A stretch of DNA of 64,000 nucleotides from Candidatus Bathyarchaeota archaeon (GTDB taxonomy: Archaea > Thermoproteota > Bathyarchaeia > Bathyarchaeales > Bathycorpusculaceae), in assembly GCA_963833575.1 (NCBI GenBank), contig CAWHXY010000007.1:256001-320000 (forward strand), given 5' to 3'. Positions 28,466 to 38,244 of the stretch are shown here, piece by piece. Within the stretch, counting starts at the first letter, position 1. The number at the start of each line of letters is the position of its first letter. The notes under the pieces are model-generated. The model did not search any database, was not told the DNA's origin, and saw only the letters and a list, made by a program, of their open reading frames with translations. Position numbers and translations under genes: made by a program.

Positions 28466-30919
28466 GTGAAACATACATCCGTAAACGAACTGTTCATAAT
28501 CATTGTTATTGCTTTGTTTGTTGCGAGTTACCCTCCACAAATTAAAACAACCTTAGCTGTGGCAGATGATAATTGGGTAGCGCATCCCATGCACATACTG
28601 CAATCTGCTGAACCCTCAAGTTACCCTCACGGCATTTCGCCAAGCCAAATGAAAACTGCATATAACCTTCCTTCAACTGGTGGCAACGGAAGCACAATTG
28701 CAATAGTTGACGTTAATGACACGCCGACAATAAGGACTGATTTATCAATTTTTTCAACCACATTCGGTTTAACAAGCCCGACAAATTACAGCTTCGAAAT
28801 CGTAGAAATGCCAGGAGTTGGCACAGCAAGCAATGATTGGATGACGGAAACTTGTCTCGATGTTGAATGGGCACATGCCATTGCGCCAGATGCTAAAATA
28901 TTGTTGGTTGAGGCCCAGTCTGCTAGTACTCATGATCTACTTTCAGCTATGGACTATGCAAGGAATCAGCCAAATGTGGTGGCAGTTTCTATGAGCTGGG
29001 GTGGCCAGGAGTTTTTTGGAGAAAATAACTTTGACTCACATTTTACAAGCGCTTATGGCGCAGTTTTCTTTGCATCTTCGGGTGACGAGGGTGCAGGTAC
29101 AGGAGTTAGCTGGCCTGCTAGTTCATCAAATGTTGTTGGTGTTGGAGGAACGACACTTAACATCACTGACAATGGTACAGTGAGTTCCGAGATTGCATGG
29201 AGCGGAAGCGGCGGCGGAATGAGCGCTTATGAATCATCACCAAAGTATCAAACCATTTTTGGGTTGACGTTTCCTCACCGCTCAGTACCTGACATTTCTT
29301 ATGATGCCGGATCGGGAGTTGCTATATATTGCAACGCTAGCGGCGGTTGGTTATCTGTAGGGGGTACAAGTGCGGGTGCACCTCAGTGGGCTGCAATTCA
29401 AGCTCTTGGAGTATCGGCAACAAACGCCAATTTGTATGGTAAAGCAAAATCAGCTTATTCTTCTTACTTTAGAGATATCACTAGTGGTACAAACGGAGGC
29501 TTCAATGCAACAACAGGGTACGATTGTGTGACAGGATTGGGAAGCCCCCTAACATTTGATTTTAGTTCACACCTTTCAGTTTCTCCAACCTCAGGTCCAG
29601 CAGGAGGCCTAATTACAATTAACGGAATAGGTTTTACACCCGGGAGTTCCGTTAACATTTCGTATTTAAGTCCTTTGAGTTCTTCTTGGGTTTCAATAGT
29701 AAGTAATTCGCCAATAACAGCTCAAAATTTTAGTTACAACTTCAATGCTCCAGACTTATTACAAAATAATCCTGCAAACGATAGCCAACCCCTATTTGAC
29801 AACCTCATTTTTCGGGCACAAGATAACAGCAACGGAAATTCCTATAATACAACCATTCCCTATACTGAATGGCGAAAGGGCTTAACACAAGTAGCTGAAG
29901 CAGTCGCAACTGGAGTATATGGAAACAATACAGATCTGTCGACAACAGCTTTTGTTCAAAACAACCAATCAATTAGTGTGGCAGGTAATTGGTTTAACCC
30001 AGGCAATGTAAGTTTGATAATAGATGGAACAACAAATTTAGGCATTGTAGCAACTGATTCAACTGGATTTTTTAATACAACCCTTCAAGTGCCAAACATT
30101 ATCGCAGGACAACACAGGTTAAACATAGAAGACAGCGCCTCCAGTTTCTGCGTAAACATAACTCGTTTGCCTGCAGTAACCAACGATTACGACGGAAAAT
30201 GGCACACTTCACCGTTCAACATCACTTTAACTCCAGACTACAACGTTGATGAAACATATTATTCTATAAGCAGTGGCCAAGTTTTCAGTGTTAGCACTAA
30301 TGGTCAACCGTCCATAACCACTGACGGCAGCAATAACACTCTTGAATATTGGAGCGCATGGAATGTTTATGGAACAGGAAACATGAATCTTACACACGTG
30401 ACCTTAACAGGAATTCAACTAGACACAATACCACCTCAAGGGTCAATTTCAATTAATAATGGTGAAATAACCACTTCCTCAAGCTCTGTGGCGTTAACCG
30501 TTACCGCAACGGATACTCTATCAGGAGTCAGCCAAATGCGATTTGCTAACAACAATGCCACATGGGACCAAAGCCAATGGGGACCATACGCAAATAGTCA
30601 AGAATGGCAGTTAACAAACGGAGACGGCTCCAAAACAGTTTATTGCCAAATAAAAGATAACGCTGGTTTAATAACAACCATTAGCAGCTCAATTACATTA
30701 AGTACTCCGCAAGCAACACAAACATCATCGCCCTCAATATCAACTCCAACCCCGACCCAGACACCATCACTTACTCCAACGCCTTCTCCCACCACTTCGC
30801 CAACAACCCAACCTTCACCTGGGGCAATAGTTCCCGAATTAAGCATCCCAATGTTACTCATCCTTACTATTTTGGCAACTCTTGTACTCTCAGTTACCTA
30901 CAAAAGAAAACAGCAATGA
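28466..30919 (+). CDS. Sedolisin (S53) peptidase with Ig-like domains, PT linker and PEF-CTERM-like anchor
   Basis: ETCLDVEW (Glu/Asp), SSGDEG, GGTSAGAPQW, GYDCVTGLGSP; C-terminal VPEL + TM + KRK. Confidence 0.88.
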   Translation: MKHTSVNELFIIIVIALFVASYPPQIKTTLAVADDNWVAHPMHILQSAEPSSYPHGISPSQMKTAYNLPSTGGNGSTIAIVDVNDTPTIRTDLSIFSTTFGLTSPTNYSFEIVEMPGVGTASNDWMTETCLDVEWAHAIAPDAKILLVEAQSASTHDLLSAMDYARNQPNVVAVSMSWGGQEFFGENNFDSHFTSAYGAVFFASSGDEGAGTGVSWPASSSNVVGVGGTTLNITDNGTVSSEIAWSGSGGGMSAYESSPKYQTIFGLTFPHRSVPDISYDAGSGVAIYCNASGGWLSVGGTSAGAPQWAAIQALGVSATNANLYGKAKSAYSSYFRDITSGTNGGFNATTGYDCVTGLGSPLTFDFSSHLSVSPTSGPAGGLITINGIGFTPGSSVNISYLSPLSSSWVSIVSNSPITAQNFSYNFNAPDLLQNNPANDSQPLFDNLIFRAQDNSNGNSYNTTIPYTEWRKGLTQVAEAVATGVYGNNTDLSTTAFVQNNQSISVAGNWFNPGNVSLIIDGTTNLGIVATDSTGFFNTTLQVPNIIAGQHRLNIEDSASSFCVNITRLPAVTNDYDGKWHTSPFNITLTPDYNVDETYYSISSGQVFSVSTNGQPSITTDGSNNTLEYWSAWNVYGTGNMNLTHVTLTGIQLDTIPPQGSISINNGEITTSSSSVALTVTATDTLSGVSQMRFANNNATWDQSQWGPYANSQEWQLTNGDGSKTVYCQIKDNAGLITTISSSITLSTPQATQTSSPSISTPTPTQTPSLTPTPSPTTSPTTQPSPGAIVPELSIPMLLILTILATLVLSVTYKRKQQ

Positions 30920-31017
30920 AATGGCAATCGTAGACTTGGCTTATTAATGATTGAATTTTGAAATTCTGATACGTTTTTAAGTTCAGTTGGTTCAAGTTTT
31001 GTTTGAAGAGATAGAAT

Positions 31018-31686
31018 ATGAAAATTGCCGAAGGAATCGACCAAGTAGAAGGAACCAACTGCAATGTTTACTTCATTGAAGACCAGGATAAACTGATTCT
31101 AATTGACACAGGGTTGCCTCGAAGTGATAAAAAAATTGTGAAGTATATTGAGTCTATTCGTCGCAAGCCAACTGATGTCTCAACTATTGTGATCACTCAT
31201 TTTCATATTGACCACACTGGAAGTCTCAAGAAAATGAAAGAAATAACTAATGCAAAGGTTGCAGTTGGCGAATTTGATGCAGAAATTGTTGCTGGAAAAA
31301 AGGCACCGCCTAAGCCAAAGAACTTAATGTTCAGAGCGTTTAGCTCAATCGTTAAACCTGCTCCCGTCGAACCTGATTTGATTCTTAAAGAGAACGATAA
31401 AATTGGACCTTTAACAGTTATTCATGTTCCCGGCCATTCAGCTGGAAGCATTTCACTAATTGATGAACAAAGAAAAGTGTTGTTTGTTGGGGACGCCTTA
31501 AGGTTTGTAGATGGTAAAATTACGGAGTCACCTGGGCAATTCAATTTGAATACGGAAAAAGCAAAAGAGTCAATAGGAAAAATTTCAACGTTCGATTTTG
31601 ATCTAATGCTGGGCGGTCATGGCAAGCCATTGATAGGCAATGCATCGCAGAAAGTGAAAGAGTTCTATGCTACTTTGAAGAAGTAA
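31018..31686 (+). CDS. MBL-fold metallo-hydrolase
   Basis: LIDTG, THFHIDHTG, PGHSAG, GDA, GGHG. Confidence 0.9.
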   Translation: MKIAEGIDQVEGTNCNVYFIEDQDKLILIDTGLPRSDKKIVKYIESIRRKPTDVSTIVITHFHIDHTGSLKKMKEITNAKVAVGEFDAEIVAGKKAPPKPKNLMFRAFSSIVKPAPVEPDLILKENDKIGPLTVIHVPGHSAGSISLIDEQRKVLFVGDALRFVDGKITESPGQFNLNTEKAKESIGKISTFDFDLMLGGHGKPLIGNASQKVKEFYATLKK

Positions 31687-31806
31687 CCTTGGCTTCTGAC
31701 TTATCCTTTACATTTCCGGGTCCGTTGAAGCAGGTTTTTTTTATTATCGCCTAAGGGATACACGGATTTTAAAGATTGCTTGAAGGCTTTGGATATTTGA
31801 AAATAG

Positions 31807-32625
31807 CTAAATATTACTTTCCGATGAACCTTTTTGTATTTTTTTGGCGCTTGGGCCCTTCAACTCTAAAAGCGAATCTAATGTTTTATGGCACTTGCTG
31901 CACTGCAACATTGCATTGCCACAGGCAGGACAGAACAACTCATGTTTATGCAAACGATCTAATATCTCCATAAGATCCGCTTTATTCTGCAAAGCGCGCG
32001 GAGTATCCTGCTTCATCTGAAGCTCAACAGAGTCTTTTTGCGTTTGTTCATTTCCGCTTGATACAATTTCGGTGTAAATTTTGGTTATGCTCGCTTTGCC
32101 TTCGCGTAGCTTCTGCTTGTCATCTTCGCTTGCTTCTTCTAGTATTTTCTTGCCTCGTTCAAATGTACGTGTCGAAACACCCGCTTTCTTAGCTACAATT
32201 TCGGTTGCTTTAGCCTTAAGCTCAGGCTCCGCGTCTTCCGACGCTAATCCTAACTGCAAATTTCGCCCGTTTTGGCCACCTTTAGATTGCCGTTTCTTTG
32301 CCAATGCTTTTTCTATCTCAAGTAATGGCACGGCTAACTCCACAAGCTGAAAATTGTTCAGATGACGACGTCTGAGGTTTGCTTCAATAACAAATTTCTT
32401 TTCCAGCAGTTTGTCGTCAAATTTGCGCACTTCAAAATCTGGCTCAACGCCAAGTTCGGTGCATGCACGGTAACGGTGATGCCCATCTAAAACTTCTAAG
32501 TCTTCGTTCACTATTATGGGGTAATGTTGTCCTTCAGATTGTATTGATGCTCTAAGCTCGGCGAATTCTTCATCAGACATCTGAGGAAGCAATTTTTCGT
32601 AATCTGGGTTTAAGCGTAAGCTCAT
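31807..32625 (-). CDS. ParB/Srx N-terminal domain protein with HTH and C-terminal zinc ribbon
   Basis: LLPQMSDEEFAELRASI...VLDGHHRYRAC...EANLRRRHL; IVAKKAGVSTRT; CPAC...CSKC. Confidence 0.8.
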   Translation of the reverse strand: MSLRLNPDYEKLLPQMSDEEFAELRASIQSEGQHYPIIVNEDLEVLDGHHRYRACTELGVEPDFEVRKFDDKLLEKKFVIEANLRRRHLNNFQLVELAVPLLEIEKALAKKRQSKGGQNGRNLQLGLASEDAEPELKAKATEIVAKKAGVSTRTFERGKKILEEASEDDKQKLREGKASITKIYTEIVSSGNEQTQKDSVELQMKQDTPRALQNKADLMEILDRLHKHELFCPACGNAMLQCSKCHKTLDSLLELKGPSAKKIQKGSSESNI

Positions 32626-32974
32626 GGCAGTCGCCGTTTGTTTATCTTTACAGGTTATTATTTAAGTTAAGGGTACAAATGGCTTGGGAAGGATTCCGGT
32701 TAAAGCTAAACACTTAAAATCTTAGCTCCATGATACACCAACATAGTCTTTTCTTGAGGCTCATGTATTTAGTGTAAGTGACAATCTGTGAATATTGTTT
32801 GGCGAATCAAATTAACAAAAATGCGACTATCTCTCTCTCCTCGCTCTTCCAGAATTTTTTTAGTCGCACAGTTAATATGATTGGTTCGCCATCCCCACTT
32901 TTAACTATTTTGATAAACCGCTATTTTGAATAATGCTAATCATAGACTTAATCAGAAATCATTTAACTAGAAAT

Positions 32975-35900
32975 TCAATAAGTTTCTTTTCCGTTTGAAT
33001 TAACGGATGGAATTGAAATTACAAATTTTGCCCCTTTCCCTGGTTCAACTGTTTCTTTAATTTGCCAACCGTAAACCTCAATCATTTTCCTTGATAGGAA
33101 CAAACCGTAGCCAGTGCTGCCTCCGGTGCTGAAGCCTTCTTTGAAAAGCTGCGACTTGTCTTCTGCTGAAATGCCTACGCCGTCATCCTCATAAACCAAT
33201 TGTAGCTCACTCTGGTTGCCTTTTTCATAGTACACTCTGGCGGAAGTAGTTTTTTTGCCGTATTTTGTTGTGTTGTCAATAAAGTTGTAAAAGAGTTGTC
33301 TAAGAAATGAATCTGCCAGTAAGCTTAAGCCGTGGCAATTGTTGATAACTTTGATGTTTAAGTCTGAAAAAAGCGCCGTCGCATCATTAAGCATATTCTC
33401 AACATTAACGTATTTTAGTTCTTCGACACCTAGTTGCTCATACATTTTTGCAAACTCGAAAATCCGTACTGAATCCTTAACTGCCTGTTCAATCTTGTTT
33501 ATTCCATTAAGAATGTCCGCCTGATTCGTGCATCTCTTTCTTAGCAGATAAGTGTTTGCAATTATCGTAAAAAGTTTGTTCCTAACATCGTGCCGAGTTA
33601 AGCTACCTACAACATTGAGCTTCTCATTAAGGAAGAACAGTTTGCCCACTGCATCCTCCATTGCATTTTCAGCCTTTTTCCGCTCAGAAATATCCCTTGT
33701 AATGCTGAGAACAAGTTTTTTTCCGTCTTGACTAAATAACCGTGCGTGAATTTCCGATTGCAACAGAGTTCCATCTTTCCGTATTTGTGTAGAGTTAAAA
33801 ACTGAATCGCCTTTTTTCAGCAGACTCTCAATTCTAGGCGCAATTAATTTTTCAGTTCCAAGTGCGTCCAACTTGTAAACATTCAGTCTAGACATTTCGT
33901 CTTTGGTATACCCCGTGGAATTACAAGCTGCATCATTAAAGAAAACTATATTTCCTTCCAAATCATGAACCAAAATTGAATCAGTAGCTAATTCAAATAT
34001 ATTCGCAGCCATTTGGCGATCTGCCTCAGCTTTTTTGCGTTCTGTGATTGGAATTGCAAGTTCAAGAGCCGCCATAGTAACGCCATTTTTGTCTTTGAGC
34101 GGGGTTACTTAAGTTCGATCCAAATTTTTTCGCCGACTGAATTTATAGTTTCGTATTCATGGGTGTCGAAAGATACGTTTTTTTCAAAGACTTTTTTTAC
34201 ACCGCAATTGAGACAAATCGTATCTAATTCATTAAAAGTCTGAAAACACTTTTTGTTTGAATTATCAATAATATTTCTAAGAAGCGAGTTAGCCCAAAAG
34301 ATGCGATAGTCTTTGCCAATAATTGCTAGACCAGCGCCGATGCTTTCACCCACCCTTTCAAGAACGTCATATTTCTGCTTTTGTTCTAATTCTATTTTTT
34401 TCCGTTCGCTGATGTCCTCTAATTCAACTATGAAAAGGTCAGGTTTCCCTTCTGTTTCTCTAACTGCGCTAACTGTAACTTTTCCATTAATTGTTGTTCC
34501 GTCTTTTCTTATGTAACGTTTCTCTTGGCTGAAAGAAGTGAGACGCCCTAGTTTTAGATTTTCCACTTTTGAAGTACTTTCACTAATTTCGTCAGGATGT
34601 GTAATGTCTCTGAAACTCAGTTTTTTTAGTTCATTCTCTGAGTAACCTAGAATTTTGCAGAAAGATTCGTTGGCACTTAGGAAAAACTGTTTTTTATCAG
34701 AGGTCGCTATTCCAATGGGGGCATTCGAAATAATTGCTTCTAGTTGTTCTTCATTTTTCTTGAGCAATTCCTCAGTTTTTTTGCGTTCGGTAATGTCGGT
34801 TATTATGCCCATGACCGCTTTTTCGCCGTTGTAATCTATCAGTTTTATTGTTATTATTGCATTAATTCTTGTGTCTGATCGAGTCACGAGAGCATACTCA
34901 TAAGGAGGAACAGCTTCGCCCCTCATATGTTTGGTGAAAGAAGATTCAAGCAATTCAACATCTTCTGGTGCAATTATGGAAAGGAAATTAAAGTTAGGAG
35001 AATAAAACTCCGCTCGACTTATTCCCATGTTATCTTCGCATTTCTTATTTGCATAAACAATTTTGCTTCTGCAGTTGATGAAAATCATGTTAGGCGATTC
35101 TTCTGCTAGATTCTTGAATTTTTCTTAACTCTCTTTTAGTGTCTCTTCAGTCTTTTTTCGTTCGGAAATATCTATTGCCAGTGCTCTAAATCCATTTATC
35201 GTGTTTTTTGATTTTCGGGGTGTAGCAGTCACAATTATTGGAATAGTAGATCCATCTTTTTTTAGAAGTGTGTACTCGCTGTAAATGTTACAACCAGTGG
35301 CCAATAACTTTTGAATATTCTTAGTTGCTTTTTCCCTATCTTCTGGAACGAGGAACTCAAGAGCATTCAATCCCTTTTCAAGATCTACATGAGAAATGCC
35401 AGTAATCTCAAAACCCTTATCATTAACATACACAACCTTTCCACTTGCTTCTGCTTCAAAAACAATGTCTGGCAAAGAATTCGCTAGTTCTCTATACCTT
35501 TCTTCGCTTTCCAGGAGATTCTCCTGGGTCTTCCTGCGTTCTGTTATATCTAAGAACATGCCTTGAATAGCTGGTTCTCCCATGTATTCAATGCGGTTTG
35601 AAAATACTTCCAGCCAAACAATTGACCTACCCTTTCGCATTGCCCTAAACTCGAGACTTGATTTAGCTTGCACTCCATGCAATCGTCCGTCTAAGCGACT
35701 AAAGAAAACTACTTTGTCGTCGTCGTGTACCAATCCTGCAACTTCGAGCGGTGAGAGTGACCTCAACTCTTCAACTGAAAAACCTAATATGTTTCCCATA
35801 GCTGAGTTGGCAAAAACTATCCTTAATGGAGAGGTTTGAGTAATTAGTATGCCCTGAAGTGACTTCTCCACTAGTGTGCGATACTTAATTTCTGACTCAA

Positions 35901-36372
35901 TAAGCAGCTGCTTAGACTTCTTACGTTCTACTGTTTTGTTTATGGCATCTGCCAATTCGCAGTAAACTGTTTGAGGCGAGCCATTCTTGTTGATGTAGCG
36001 GTCATCACCTAGATTCAACGCCTTAACAACAACTTCCTCCCTTCCTTTTCCAGTAAACAAGATAAAGGGAATATCATTTCGCTGTTCTCTGAGTTCTTTC
36101 AAAAAGTCTAATCCATTCTTCATAGGCATTTCATAGTCGGAAATTACAGCATCATAGTTTTGTTGTTCCATTTTCTTGAGAGCTTCAGAAACGGATGTTG
36201 CATAATCTATCTCAAAGTTGTTCTCATCAGATAATATCATCCTTGAAGTTTCTAGTAGACATAAGTCATCATCAACATGTAAAACTCGAATTGCATTTTT
36301 TTTGTCCGACAGAGTAAGCGTTGCCGCCACATCAATGGTTTGGCATTCCTTATTGGGCGTTTGTATCGGCAA
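32975..36372 (-). pseudogene. REC-multiPAS-histidine kinase disrupted by one nonsense codon and one frameshift
   Basis: Three ORFs join into one gene: ...ETLKES-TAA(35125-27)-EKFKNLAEESPNMIF in frame; ...WIELK / VTPLKDKNGVTMAALE frameshift near 34108; TRHDVRN H-box; YEDDGVG and GSTGYGLF boxes. Confidence 0.85.
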
Positions 36373-36548
36373 TTCCTCGGCTGGAATAGTAAATTAATAA
36401 TATAATTAATCCGTTATGAATTAGAAATATTGATCTTAGAATGATTATGATCTGACAAAAAGGCAACTCTTTAAGGTATCAATGAAGAAGAATTAGCGAA
36501 AAGAAACTTTATTGCGCCGAATTGCTATTTAGATATGGAGAGGATTGA

Positions 36549-36812
36549 ATGTTTTGTCCATTTTGTGGCAGACAAGTTAAAGACAATTTTTTATTTTGCA
36601 TATTTTGTGGGAAAGCGTTGCCGCAGAAAAGTTCTCTTCCGCCTGTGACTCAATCGATACCTCAGATAAATGCACATCCTCAAACGTCTTCTCCGAGAAA
36701 AAGAGTATCAAATAATGTAAAAAAAGGTATAGTTACGGGTATTCTGGTAGTGGGACTCATTTTCGTAGTACTTCAGATTTACTATCCTGATATATTTCCT
36801 TGGAATTGGTAG
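36549..36812 (+). CDS. Zinc-ribbon protein with C-terminal TM helix
   Basis: MFCPFCG...FCIFCG; GGAGG SD upstream; hydrophobic C-terminus. Confidence 0.75.
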   Translation: MFCPFCGRQVKDNFLFCIFCGKALPQKSSLPPVTQSIPQINAHPQTSSPRKRVSNNVKKGIVTGILVVGLIFVVLQIYYPDIFPWNW

Positions 36813-37068
36813 AGCACAAACCATCGTCGATGAAAAACAGATAAATGCAAAAGCTCACATAATCATGTTTCAGGATGTCTTGGCCAAACTGCTCTTACTT
36901 GTGGAAACTAAATGAATTTGATTAAGGATTTGAAAACCACAAGTATTATTAAACTGCATGCACCTAAAATTATTAAACTAATAAATATTAAAAATCTCAT
37001 CAAAGCGAGTAAGCTCGCTTTATGTGATTTACATAATTAAATAACTCACAAATAGGAAGTGCACACTT

Positions 37069-38244
37069 ACGGGAACATCCCAAACATTTACGATAAAGTA
37101 CGTTATACACGCGAGATTTGATATTGAAGGTGTAGTTGAAAAACCCGATGTTATAGGCGCAGTTTTTGGTCAAACCGAAGGGCTTTTTGGACCTGAACTT
37201 GACCTGCGAGAACTTCAGAAAACAGGACGCATCGGCAGAATCGAAATTGACTTACACTCAAAAAATGACAAAACCAATGGCTCAATAACTATTCCAACAA
37301 GTTTAGATAGGGTTTCAACCGCGCTGATAGCAGCAAGCATAGAAAGCATTAATCGTGTTGGTCCATGCTCAGCAAAAGTAAGCATAGACAGAATCGAAGA
37401 CATCCGCGAAGCACGAAGAAAAATAATTATTGACCGAGCAAAAGAAATCCTCCATAAATGGACTATAGAATCAATGCCAAGCGTCGATGACGTTTACAAG
37501 GAAATTTCTGAAACCATGAAAGTTGGCAAAGTTGAAAAGTACGGTCCAGAAGATTTGCCTGCCGGTCCAGGATTAGATACTGCTAAAGAAATTTTTGTTG
37601 TTGAAGGACGCGCTGACATAATTAATTTAATGCGTTGCGGAATTTTCAACACTGTTGCTCTTGAAGGCGCTAAAGTTCCTGAATCAATAAAGAAGCTAAC
37701 TAAAGAAAAGCCAGCAACGGCATTACTAGATGGTGACCGAGGCGGCGATTTGATACTTAAAGAGCTAATGCAAGTTACGAACGTCAAATTTGTCGGTCGC
37801 GCTCCAAGAGGCAAAGAAATTGAGGAATGCAACTGCAAAGAAATTGCTGAAGCCATAGAAAATAAACTTCCGATAGCAGAAGCCGTAGCTCCCCCTAAAC
37901 CCGCTAAGAAACCTGAACCGCCAGCTCCGCACCGAATCAAAATTGAAGTTCCAGAACCCGTAAGTCAAGCGGCAAAAGCATTGCAGGGTACACTAGAAGC
38001 GGTTCTACTCAACGAGAAATTTGAATTTATCGAGCGTCTCCCAGTAAGCCAGTTAGCAGAGAAACTCCAGCAAGTAACAGGTGTAGACACAGTAGTTTTT
38101 GACGGCATCATTACACAGAGAATCGTTGACATCGCAGGCGAGAAAAACATTAGGCGTATTGTTGCTTCACGCATTTCAGAGGCAGTAAAACCAGCATTAA
38201 ACGTTGAACTGGTAACTTTCCAAGACGCAGTCGCTCAAGCTTAA
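37069..38244 (+). CDS. dnaG: Archaeal DnaG-type TOPRIM protein (exosome-associated); probable ACG start
   Basis: The frame upstream of the tracked ORF is open and encodes the conserved KYVIHARFDIEGVVEKPDVIGAVFGQTEGLFGPELDLRELQKTGRIGRI; TOPRIM VVEGRAD and DGDRGG. Confidence 0.92.
   Translation, partial: TGTSQTFTIKYVIHARFDIEGVVEKPDVIGAVFGQTEGLFGPELDLRELQKTGRIGRIEIDLHSKNDKTNGSITIPTSLDRVSTALIAASIESINRVGPCSAKVSIDRIEDIREARRKIIIDRAKEILHKWTIESMPSVDDVYKEISETMKVGKVEKYGPEDLPAGPGLDTAKEIFVVEGRADIINLMRCGIFNTVALEGAKVPESIKKLTKEKPATALLDGDRGGDLILKELMQVTNVKFVGRAPRGKEIEECNCKEIAEAIENKLPIAEAVAPPKPAKKPEPPAPHRIKIEVPEPVSQAAKALQGTLEAVLLNEKFEFIERLPVSQLAEKLQQVTGVDTVVFDGIITQRIVDIAGEKNIRRIVASRISEAVKPALNVELVTFQDAVAQA

Noticed and set aside
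38241-38244. dnaG/polB convergent stop overlap as evidence of a replication module
   Set aside because: Opposite strands; such overlaps are common here, and archaeal DnaG is mainly exosome-linked.
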